The notes beneath the pieces were generated by a model. It worked only from the letters and a program-made list of their open reading frames with translations, was not told where the DNA came from and made no database searches. Positions 17,731 to 25,832 of a stretch of DNA of 64,000 bases are shown piece after piece. Each line of letters opens with the position of its first letter. Position 1 is the stretch's first letter. This stretch comes from a virus. Location of the stretch: the IMG/VR virus record IMGVR_UViG_3300035034_002581; one strand, given 5' to 3'. A program made the position numbers and the translations under genes.

Positions 17731-18319
17731 TTTCCTTTATGAAGCTTGAAACTTCACTTTGAGGCATGTCACCTAAGTCTTTGTAGGGTTCTGGTGTAAT
17801 ATAGGACTCACTAGCAAATCTGCCGAGTTTCTTTCCTACTTCACTCTCATCGTTGTCTAAAATTGCAATAATTTTCATACTAAGTGAATACAGCCAGTTT
17901 GTAAGGTGTTTTGGATTATTTGTAAAGACAGCAAGTACTGCTTTTCCTAAGTTTGCAATTTTAATTGCATCAAAGATTCCCTCTACAATATACACTGTCT
18001 GTGTAGAAGGTGTAATAGTTTCCAGCCCCCAAACACCAATCTTCTTGCCCTTCCCTTCGTCTCCTAAGAAGGTAAAATAGCGTCCAGCTTTAGGATCATT
18101 GTTTTGTGATTTAGAAGCACCAGGCCTATATTGTTGATATCCAACTAGTTGACCCGAAGAATTGTAAAGCAAGAAAGCTGCTGTGTTTTCTTCTTCACTA
18201 ACTATTACACGTGTCTTGCTAGTATCGACGCCTCTTTCTTTAAGATTGTCAGAAACACTTATTGACTCAAGAGTAATCTTTATAAGTTCTCTCAACATAG
18301 TGCTACCTCTTTTTATCAA
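17708..18319 (-). CDS. Stand-alone Toprim-domain protein
   Basis: A 203-aa ORF. YIVEGIFDAIKI is the Toprim Glu motif and IIAILDNDESEVGKK is the DxD motif. There is no zinc finger and no helicase domain. Confidence 0.45.
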   Translation of the reverse strand: MIKRGSTMLRELIKITLESISVSDNLKERGVDTSKTRVIVSEEENTAAFLLYNSSGQLVGYQQYRPGASKSQNNDPKAGRYFTFLGDEGKGKKIGVWGLETITPSTQTVYIVEGIFDAIKIANLGKAVLAVFTNNPKHLTNWLYSLSMKIIAILDNDESEVGKKLGRFASESYITPEPYKDLGDMPQSEVSSFIKEIESGQRR

Positions 18320-19928
18320 GAAGCCATCTAAGATCAGATACTGCGCCTGTCTCTCGTCTCGTCTTCTTGTTCATTCCAACAAAACTATTTCCTGATGGCT
18401 GAATTGGCATAAATGGATTTACTTGCTTTATTCCGGAGCCTTTAATTGCAGGTTGCTTAAACTCTTTGTTTGTAGTGCTCATTCCTGCCAGCATTGCCAT
18501 ATTTTCTGCTACACTGTTTTGGCTATATCCGCCTACCGAATCATATAACCAGACTCCGATCGCCATTGCCATTACTAGGTCATCATTCCTGCCTTTCATG
18601 GCTTGTGCTTTTTCATGATGCCAGACAAAGGTCTTTAGCTCATCAGCAAATCGAGTAGAATAACAGCGTATCGTTTTGTTTCTTATGACCTCTTCAAGCT
18701 TTGCAAGTACGCGGTTTCTTGAAGCTCCGTTAGTATTAAACCCAGCCTTTGAAAGCTCTTGTGGTGGTGTATACCCGCCAATAAATACAGCTTTGTTTGA
18801 TTGATAGTACATATTGTTGTACCCGAGCTCCTTAAGCTTCATACAAACTGCGTATCCGTATGAGTTGTTTTCGGGACAAACTAGGGCTGAATTGTACTTT
18901 TCGCCGTATTCAGATAGCAATTCTGCCAAACTGTCGGGTCGTATCTTTCCTTTATACTCTGCTGCAACTTCACCTTCAGTTACATCGAGAACTACAAATG
19001 TAGAGAAATCTTTAGAGTCACCTCGAGATACGTCAGCTGCAATAACATACTTGTGCCTGGACAATGGCATTTTCCATATCCAGACGTTGTTCGCAGGGCC
19101 AGTCCTTCTAATTGGTGGCATTGTCGTTCCTGCAATCCACTTTACTTCGCCTGCACTTAGAAAGGTATCACCAGATGCAAGGAAGTCGCACAAGAACTCT
19201 TGAGCAATTTTGCGTTCACTAAAGTTTGCAGTTTGTGATTCAAACCACTCCTGATCACGTTCTGGTTGCACGTCCCATGGAAGCTTAATAGCATTAAACT
19301 CATTGAGTCCTGCTTCTGCTTTGGAGTAAATATCGTGATAGGTCCCACCAACACCATTAGGTGTTGACAAAATAATCGCTCGTCCACCTGTTGAAAGTGT
19401 AGGATACAAAGCAGTCCAGAGATCTTCAAAATTTCTAATGAATGCTGCTTCGTCAATGATTAGAAGTGATAGTGCTTCTGAACGGCCGGCATCATCAGAC
19501 GTTGGAACGGCTTTAATTGTTGAACCGTTGGCGAACTCTACTTCCTGCCTGTTGTTCGTTACTATATTAACAAAGAACAGCCATCTTGGCAAGTTATTAA
19601 GTACAACCTTGACTTTTTTAATGATGTTCTGAGCAACAGCTTTCTTTGTAGCGATGATCAGTATGTTTTGATCTTTGTGAAACAGTGCAAGCCACACAGC
19701 ATAGGCAGCAGAAAGCGTCGATATTCCCAACTGTCTTGACTTCAGTATAACATTGAACTTATGATCAATGAAATCTTGGACACAGTCGTCTTGGAATGGG
19801 AAAGTCTCAAACGGAATAACACCCTTAAGTGGGTGCTGGATCTTACAGTAGTTGTTAAAGAAGTAGACTGGATCTTTGCCGCACTTGATTATCTCTTTTA
19901 CTTGGCGCTGTGTAGTGCCACTCGCCAT
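18303..19928 (-). CDS. Terminase large subunit (gp17 family)
   Basis: A 541-aa ORF. Walker A is LKSRQLGIST (compare T4 gp17 SRQLGKT). Walker B is LLIIDEAAF. A C-terminal RNase-H-like nuclease region is present. Confidence 0.8.
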   Translation of the reverse strand: MASGTTQRQVKEIIKCGKDPVYFFNNYCKIQHPLKGVIPFETFPFQDDCVQDFIDHKFNVILKSRQLGISTLSAAYAVWLALFHKDQNILIIATKKAVAQNIIKKVKVVLNNLPRWLFFVNIVTNNRQEVEFANGSTIKAVPTSDDAGRSEALSLLIIDEAAFIRNFEDLWTALYPTLSTGGRAIILSTPNGVGGTYHDIYSKAEAGLNEFNAIKLPWDVQPERDQEWFESQTANFSERKIAQEFLCDFLASGDTFLSAGEVKWIAGTTMPPIRRTGPANNVWIWKMPLSRHKYVIAADVSRGDSKDFSTFVVLDVTEGEVAAEYKGKIRPDSLAELLSEYGEKYNSALVCPENNSYGYAVCMKLKELGYNNMYYQSNKAVFIGGYTPPQELSKAGFNTNGASRNRVLAKLEEVIRNKTIRCYSTRFADELKTFVWHHEKAQAMKGRNDDLVMAMAIGVWLYDSVGGYSQNSVAENMAMLAGMSTTNKEFKQPAIKGSGIKQVNPFMPIQPSGNSFVGMNKKTRRETGAVSDLRWLLDKKR

Positions 19929-20350
19929 TATTTCACTTCGTGCATTGATGTGAATCTAAAGAGCACAGTTCTTTTTGGCGATACGTGTCCTTGTAGGCTT
20001 ATTACTTCTACAGAATGATCGTGACTCACCTTTGTTGTTCTGAGCGTTTTTCCGCATCCATCCTTGTATTCGTCCTTGATAAACGTCAAATACTTGTTAG
20101 ATGCCTTCTGTCCTTCGTCTACGAGTCTTGGAATCTGTTGGCTCATTGCAACGTTGGAGGCAAATGTTGCGATAGTTGTAAATATCACAGTCAACACATC
20201 TCCTTGAAGCTTACCCTTCATTGACATCGTTGGAGATCCCATCGTTGAAGATCTTCCCCAAGTTGTATCAAGGACTTGGCCCAAGCAATTTACTTCTTTT
20301 GTTGATAACACAATACTCTCCCGAAATAGAGTTACACCATTAACTATCAC
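19928..20350 (-). CDS. Hypothetical protein, terminase small subunit candidate by position only
   Basis: A 140-aa ORF that ends 1 nt upstream of the TerL ATG. Confidence 0.25.
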   Translation of the reverse strand: MIVNGVTLFRESIVLSTKEVNCLGQVLDTTWGRSSTMGSPTMSMKGKLQGDVLTVIFTTIATFASNVAMSQQIPRLVDEGQKASNKYLTFIKDEYKDGCGKTLRTTKVSHDHSVEVISLQGHVSPKRTVLFRFTSMHEVK

Positions 20351-20366
20351 TCAGCGTACAAGACTT

Positions 20367-20675
20367 CTATATTGAAAGCTTGGGCACTCTACAAAGACGT
20401 GTAGCAATCTCGTCAGTTACTTGCTCTTCAGATGGTCGCCATCCCGCAATCCAATCAGCTTTTCTACTTTCAGCCCATCTAAGTGTGCACAAATGACAAC
20501 ACCCATAAGCCTTAAACGAATGATTATCATCCGCAGTTCTCATGGGAAACTCACAAACACTGCAAGAAAACGGGACAGCGTCAGACTCTGTATCTGGTTT
20601 AATTACAAAAAAAAGATCGGGGTGACTCATGAGGAGTCTGCCCCGACCAATGTTTTTCCACTCTTGTTCTAACAT
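20367..20675 (-). CDS. Hypothetical Cys-rich (zinc-binding?) protein
   Basis: A 102-aa ORF with CSVC...YGCCHLC. Confidence 0.35.
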   Translation of the reverse strand: MLEQEWKNIGRGRLLMSHPDLFFVIKPDTESDAVPFSCSVCEFPMRTADDNHSFKAYGCCHLCTLRWAESRKADWIAGWRPSEEQVTDEIATRLCRVPKLSI

Positions 20676-20713
20676 GCAGCAACATCCTGTTACTACATTT
20701 TAAGTCTTACGTG

Positions 20714-23700
20714 TTATTCGTAAACAACCTTGGCATCCTTTCCTTCCCATGTGATGTCAATAACATTGTCTACAACATCCTTGACTCCGTCAACATGAGT
20801 AATGATAATGATGTTCTTGAACCACTTTTTGAGAGAGACTAGAAGCCTATTGCATGCCTCTACGTTTACATCATCTAGAGAACCAAACCCCTCGTCAATA
20901 ATTAGCATGTCTGTTTTAGGAAGAGAAGAGATGTTGATTAACGCAACACGAATGGCGAGAGAAGAGATCATCTTTTCCATTCCAGATGCTACTTCAATGA
21001 CCCTCTTGCTGTCGCCGTAGTTAATATAGACATCCATTGAGTTTGAATTTGGATCTGCTTCAAGCTCAACTGTAAACGAAACAACGCCTTGAAGAATTTT
21101 AGAAACTTCAGCATTAATAACTGGCAATTGAGACATGATTATCTGAAGAGGGAGACCTCGCTTAGAGACAGCCTGAATGAAGTATTCATAGATTCTCCAC
21201 TTCTGCTTAAGTTTTTGATACTTGGATTTCTCACTCTTAAGATTTTGTAGTGTGACTTCAAGCCGTCCAATTGAACTTGCACACGATATTCTCTTTGCAT
21301 CCTTTGACGAGATTAAACTTTTCTCTTCGTAGAGTCTTGCCTTTAAATTATTAAGCTCTTGATCAATGTCACTGTCAACCATTTTAGACTTAAGATCTTC
21401 TAGATCTTGCTCACTCTGTGTGATTTTGCTTTCAAGGCTTTCAATGTCTCTTTTGATTGACTTAGCATTGCTTTGATTTTGCGTCAATTCAATTTTAAGT
21501 GTTGACTCCATTCGCATGATCTTTTCGTACTTATCAATCTTGTCTTCAAGGTCTTCACTCATGACTTGATCAAACTGTTCTTGAGCATTTTCAATATGCT
21601 CAAGAAGTGCCTTAATCTTCTCTTCTTGTGCTTCTATTTTTTGCTTATCTTTGTGGGAGTCCTTGATGAACTTGCACATTGGAAAAGAGTCACCACAGGG
21701 TACGTCCTTAAGCTTTGCAACAGATCTTAACTGTGACTTAAGGAGGGTTTGTTCTTTTTCATGAGAGTGCTTGATTTGTACTAGAGACGCACCTAGTGCT
21801 CTTTGATTTTTAAGTGATGCTTTAAGATCTTCAATAGAAGTAGACTCTTTGACTTCTTGGATCTTCTTGATTTTGACTTCTAGATTTTCAATTTTCTCAA
21901 AGATTGCATTTCGTCTAGTGATAAGGTTTTCTAGACTCTTCTTTGCAGAATCTGTAAGTGTCTGCTGTCTTTCAACATCAGCACACGTTACAACATCAGC
22001 GTTTTCAAACTTGCTTAGTTTAATCTGCAGTTTCTGTTCATCGAGTCTCATTTCAGAGAGTTCATCTTCGATACTGTTAACTCTACTCGACAAATCCTTG
22101 ATTTCATTTTTTGCTTCGTGAATCAATGAATCCCAATCACGATCTGGTGCAGATTTAACTTTAGTCTGTATCTCTCTTGACTCTTCTTTTGCAAGATTAA
22201 ACAGATTTTCAAATATGTCAAGGCCCAAAAACCTTGTAAGCATGTGCTTTCTAGCAGTGCTACGCTGCTTGATAAATGCGTTTATCTCACCCTGTGATGC
22301 GAGTGAAGTTAGCAAGAAATCATCTGATGTGCCGAACTTTTCACGCAGATCCCTTTCAGTTACACGCCTCTGCTCTTTACTTAAATCAGCAAGCTCATTT
22401 CCATTGTTATCAATCTTAAAGATATTGAGATGTGTTAAAGCCGATTCGTGACCCTTTGCGTTCTTGTTTTTGACAGACTGTCTCTCAACCCTAAGCAGGT
22501 TTTCACCTTGCTGTATTGTTGCCTTAGCACGGCAATAGTCTTTTCTGGTATTGATTACGTGTAGGTTTTTAATAGGACCACGATCTGTTGTGTTAAACAG
22601 ACAGTACATTAATGCACCTACAATTGATGACTTACCTCGAGCATTTCTACCAAAGATTCCCGTTATGCCATTCATTGAGTCAAAGTCAATGACGTTTCCC
22701 TTGCCATAAGAGAAAGTGTTATCAAACTCAAGTTTCTTAACTGACCACTTATGATTTCTTGACAACGAACCTGATCGTGATATTGACTTGACATAACTTC
22801 TCGTTAGTGCCTCAAGATCGTTCCAGTCTTTCTCAGAGAGCGATGACTCTTTAAAATACTCTTCAAGTAGGTTGACAATCACATCGGGATCTTTGAGATC
22901 GTTCTTAAAGAGAGTAACAGCCTCAGTTGAAATTTGTTGTGTATCTACAAGTCGTTCATCCTTAGATACAACTTCTGATGGTGCTTTTAGAATTTCTAGT
23001 TCATTACACAGTTGCTTCCACTCAACTGACGGGATCGATTCTTTTGTGCGTATCCTGACTCTTGAGCCGTCTTTAAGATCTTTGAGTGCCTTAAGTGTTT
23101 TCTGGACATTCCCTTCCCAGTTTACTGTAACAAACGGCTTAGGGCCTTCGACTTTATGAAAGTTAACATCAAAGTCATCTTTGTCCCTAATATCCCAAAG
23201 CAGATACCCTTTGTTTGTATCCTCTCCGTAGTTTTGCTGAACTGTGCTTCCACAGTAAGCAACTGTCTTCTTTGGGTTAAGAAACTGGACTTTGTGGATG
23301 TCACCGAGTAGAGCAAAATCGAATCTTTCAAAGAAGTTTACGTCAACTTCTCCTTCAATATGCCAGTCAATATCAGTAGTTGAACCAAGCACTCCACCGT
23401 GAAATAGTGCTATGTTAATGTCCCCAGGTTTTGGGCGGACTTTACTCCAATTATCTTCATCGAAGCAAGAAAAAACGTTCCAGCTGAACCCTGGAATACC
23501 TATTGGATACGTTCCTGACTCTTTATAGAGTTTGATATTTGGATGGCTAAGTGCTGTGATAATCGGAGTGATTGTGTCTTGGCGATCTTTGTTTAGTAGA
23601 ATACCATCGTGATTTCCAAGAATGACTTCTGTTGGAGCAATATTTGCAAAGCCTGTAAACATCCATACAAGTGCATCAATAAGCTCTGGAGAGATTCCTT

Positions 23701-23881
23701 GAGTTTTGCTATGAACAATATCGCCGCCAATGTAAATGATATCGGGTTTTTGTTCACGAAGCATTTCAAAAATCTTACTAAAGACTTCACGATACTCTTT
23801 GTGTCGTGTCAATCCACGCCAGTGTATGTCTGCAAAGTGTGCAATCCTGACATTTTTCTTTTCGCTCTTCATGTTTGTCAC
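20714..23881 (-). CDS. Fused Mre11-like nuclease / Rad50-like ATPase (SbcD-SbcC, gp47-gp46 equivalents in a single polypeptide)
   Basis: A 1055-aa ORF. The N-terminal calcineurin-like phosphoesterase motifs are FADIHW, GGDIVH, GNHDG, ALFHGG and GDIHK. It then has the Rad50 Walker A GIFGRNARGKSSIVGAL, a coiled-coil region of about 400 aa with a central PCGDSFPMC Cys pair (a possible zinc hook), the signature/Walker B SSLAIRVAL...MLIIDEGFGSLD, and the H-loop IIIITHVDG. Confidence 0.75.
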   Translation of the reverse strand: MTNMKSEKKNVRIAHFADIHWRGLTRHKEYREVFSKIFEMLREQKPDIIYIGGDIVHSKTQGISPELIDALVWMFTGFANIAPTEVILGNHDGILLNKDRQDTITPIITALSHPNIKLYKESGTYPIGIPGFSWNVFSCFDEDNWSKVRPKPGDINIALFHGGVLGSTTDIDWHIEGEVDVNFFERFDFALLGDIHKVQFLNPKKTVAYCGSTVQQNYGEDTNKGYLLWDIRDKDDFDVNFHKVEGPKPFVTVNWEGNVQKTLKALKDLKDGSRVRIRTKESIPSVEWKQLCNELEILKAPSEVVSKDERLVDTQQISTEAVTLFKNDLKDPDVIVNLLEEYFKESSLSEKDWNDLEALTRSYVKSISRSGSLSRNHKWSVKKLEFDNTFSYGKGNVIDFDSMNGITGIFGRNARGKSSIVGALMYCLFNTTDRGPIKNLHVINTRKDYCRAKATIQQGENLLRVERQSVKNKNAKGHESALTHLNIFKIDNNGNELADLSKEQRRVTERDLREKFGTSDDFLLTSLASQGEINAFIKQRSTARKHMLTRFLGLDIFENLFNLAKEESREIQTKVKSAPDRDWDSLIHEAKNEIKDLSSRVNSIEDELSEMRLDEQKLQIKLSKFENADVVTCADVERQQTLTDSAKKSLENLITRRNAIFEKIENLEVKIKKIQEVKESTSIEDLKASLKNQRALGASLVQIKHSHEKEQTLLKSQLRSVAKLKDVPCGDSFPMCKFIKDSHKDKQKIEAQEEKIKALLEHIENAQEQFDQVMSEDLEDKIDKYEKIMRMESTLKIELTQNQSNAKSIKRDIESLESKITQSEQDLEDLKSKMVDSDIDQELNNLKARLYEEKSLISSKDAKRISCASSIGRLEVTLQNLKSEKSKYQKLKQKWRIYEYFIQAVSKRGLPLQIIMSQLPVINAEVSKILQGVVSFTVELEADPNSNSMDVYINYGDSKRVIEVASGMEKMISSLAIRVALINISSLPKTDMLIIDEGFGSLDDVNVEACNRLLVSLKKWFKNIIIITHVDGVKDVVDNVIDITWEGKDAKVVYE

Positions 23882-23917
23882 GCCTTTAGTTTAGATCTTA
23901 TACTGTCAAAGACAGTT

Positions 23918-24931
23918 TTATAATGCTGCTCTTGTAGTGGGAGACATGTTCATTATCTTTTCACGAATTGCATCCATTCTCTGCCACTGCTTTGCATTAC
24001 TTCTTGCTTCTAAGAATTCTTTGTGAGACATCTCGCCTACATCACCAAATTTTCCAAGGTCGAGTAATCTAACATTGATAGCGTAGCTATTTAGCAGTTT
24101 TGCAAATTTGTTTGCTTTTTTCTTAGCATCTGCGTCTAGGGCAAGGAGCACATCAGTTTTATTTTTAACTAGCTTCCAAAACAAAATGTAGTCTTCTGTT
24201 AGGCCGCTTCCTTGTATGCATGTTGAGTTAGTGTTGCATTTAACCAAATCAAATGGCCCTTCGACAATTGTTAGTTCTTTTGACCAGTCTATGTTACACT
24301 CATTGAATACAAGCTCTACTTTACCTACTGGTGGCAAAACATAGGGCGGCCAAGATTTTCTATCAATAGCACGCGCTGTATAGTAATTGATAAACCCGTC
24401 TTTGTCAAAAGAAGGCATGATAACTCTTCTGTGAAACTTGCTCGCACGTGAAACACCGAGCTTGTAATACCAGAGGTCTCGCTCTCTTACTCCTCGTCGT
24501 TTAAGGTATCGAAGTGTATCTTGGATATCAGGTACTCTTGAGTTTATCAAAGTTGCCAGCATTCTAAAGTCTTCGGGGAAGTCAAGCAAAACTTCATTGT
24601 CAGTGCTTTCATCTCTTTTTTCGCCGAATAGATTTGAATCATTCTTGCGTCGAGCCTGCTTAGGTAGGTACTTTTCAATGTAATCTTGAATCTGATCATT
24701 TGTGCAGACACGCCTTAGTACAGGAACTAAGTTTGAATGTGTTTTAAGTTCACACACCCAGCAGTGAGCCTGATCTGTGTCGATTCGAATTGACAGTTTT
24801 TTCTTTCCGTCAATTCTACTTTTGCATTTTTTATTTGGGCAACGAACAGCAATGTTAACGCCGTCTCGTGCGACATCAGCACCCTTAAACACACGGCGCA
24901 AGAATGCTATTTTTTTGTCATTTGAATGCAT
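23918..24931 (-). CDS. DNA primase (zinc-finger plus Toprim, gp61/DnaG-like)
   Basis: A 337-aa ORF. The zinc finger is CPNKKC...HCWVC. Toprim is TIVEGPFDLVKC and LLALDADAKKKA. Confidence 0.6.
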   Translation of the reverse strand: MHSNDKKIAFLRRVFKGADVARDGVNIAVRCPNKKCKSRIDGKKKLSIRIDTDQAHCWVCELKTHSNLVPVLRRVCTNDQIQDYIEKYLPKQARRKNDSNLFGEKRDESTDNEVLLDFPEDFRMLATLINSRVPDIQDTLRYLKRRGVRERDLWYYKLGVSRASKFHRRVIMPSFDKDGFINYYTARAIDRKSWPPYVLPPVGKVELVFNECNIDWSKELTIVEGPFDLVKCNTNSTCIQGSGLTEDYILFWKLVKNKTDVLLALDADAKKKANKFAKLLNSYAINVRLLDLGKFGDVGEMSHKEFLEARSNAKQWQRMDAIREKIMNMSPTTRAAL

Positions 24932-24966
24932 GATGTATTATAACGAGTTACATTCAAATCTATAAA

Positions 24967-25239
24967 TTACCAGATCTTCTTTGATCTCTTCATTCTACGA
25001 TGCCCTCCGACGCCGCCCTTGTAGCGTCGCGGTCTGCCACCATATCCACCATAGCTGTCGCCGTCCATATTGTCTAGTGACTTTCCATAACGGGCTAAGC
25101 ATGCTTCGTATTCTTTTTGAGTAAGTCCGCCTGCCTCATAGTCTCTTCGACAATCAGAAGCTTCTTCGTCAAGTGGCTCGATTGATTTTTCAATCTCTTC
25201 TTTAATAATACGCTTTAGCTGTGAAAGTTTGATCTTCAT
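24967..25239 (-). CDS. Hypothetical small protein with an RGG/GY-rich basic C-terminus
   Basis: The likely start is the internal Met (MKIKLSQLKR). The C-terminus reads GGYGGRPRRYKGGVGGHRRMKRSKK. Confidence 0.35.
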   Translation of the reverse strand: MKIKLSQLKRIIKEEIEKSIEPLDEEASDCRRDYEAGGLTQKEYEACLARYGKSLDNMDGDSYGGYGGRPRRYKGGVGGHRRMKRSKKIW

Positions 25240-25268
25240 GTGTAAACTCCTGTCTCTACATATCTTGG

Positions 25269-25832
25269 TCACGAAGAAATAGTTTTCAATCCTGCCTTTG
25301 CCATAACATAAGCATCTGCCATGTCTCCACATTCGACAATCTTTACTACCATCCCCTTTCTTGGTCCTCGGCTAATTACTTTCGTAGGCCAAAATTCATC
25401 AGGAAGCTCTTTGATGATCCACTCAAAAACCTTCTCTTTAGTTGTCTTTGACTTATCTTTTTTATTGTAAGTGCAACCAATTAGCTTTCTTGCTGTGTTT
25501 ACGTTTATGAGTTGCGGCTCCATGTCAAGCTCATCATATACAATTAGTGATGCCATGCCGTTAAACCTTGAAAGCTTTCGAATGACTTTTGCAGATGAAA
25601 ACCCCTTTCTAAATCGCTGGAGATCTTCTTCAATAAAAACATCAGTAATGTCGTTAGCGCTGATGATTTCTTTTAATGCAACCCGAAATTCTGCAGCCTT
25701 CTGGTAGAGATTTTCAAGCTTCCCTAATGGTATGTAACCCATTTCTAAGGAAAAGCCATCATGGGTCATTGTGCACCACCCTATTGTGGTCGTAGATATA
25801 TCTAGTCCTAATACTTTCTTAGCCATCACCAA
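25269..25832 (-). CDS. RuvC-like Holliday junction resolvase
   Basis: A 187-aa ORF. LGLDISTTTIGW (compare RuvC LGIDPG), FIEED and ECGDMADAYVMAKAG (compare the RuvC DAADA region) match the RuvC catalytic-site patterns. Confidence 0.7.
   Translation of the reverse strand: MVMAKKVLGLDISTTTIGWCTMTHDGFSLEMGYIPLGKLENLYQKAAEFRVALKEIISANDITDVFIEEDLQRFRKGFSSAKVIRKLSRFNGMASLIVYDELDMEPQLINVNTARKLIGCTYNKKDKSKTTKEKVFEWIIKELPDEFWPTKVISRGPRKGMVVKIVECGDMADAYVMAKAGLKTISS

Noticed and set aside
24932-24966. TATAAT-like hexamer just upstream of the primase ATG
   Set aside because: It lies only about 8 nt from the start codon with no -35 partner. AT-rich sequence generates such hexamers by chance.
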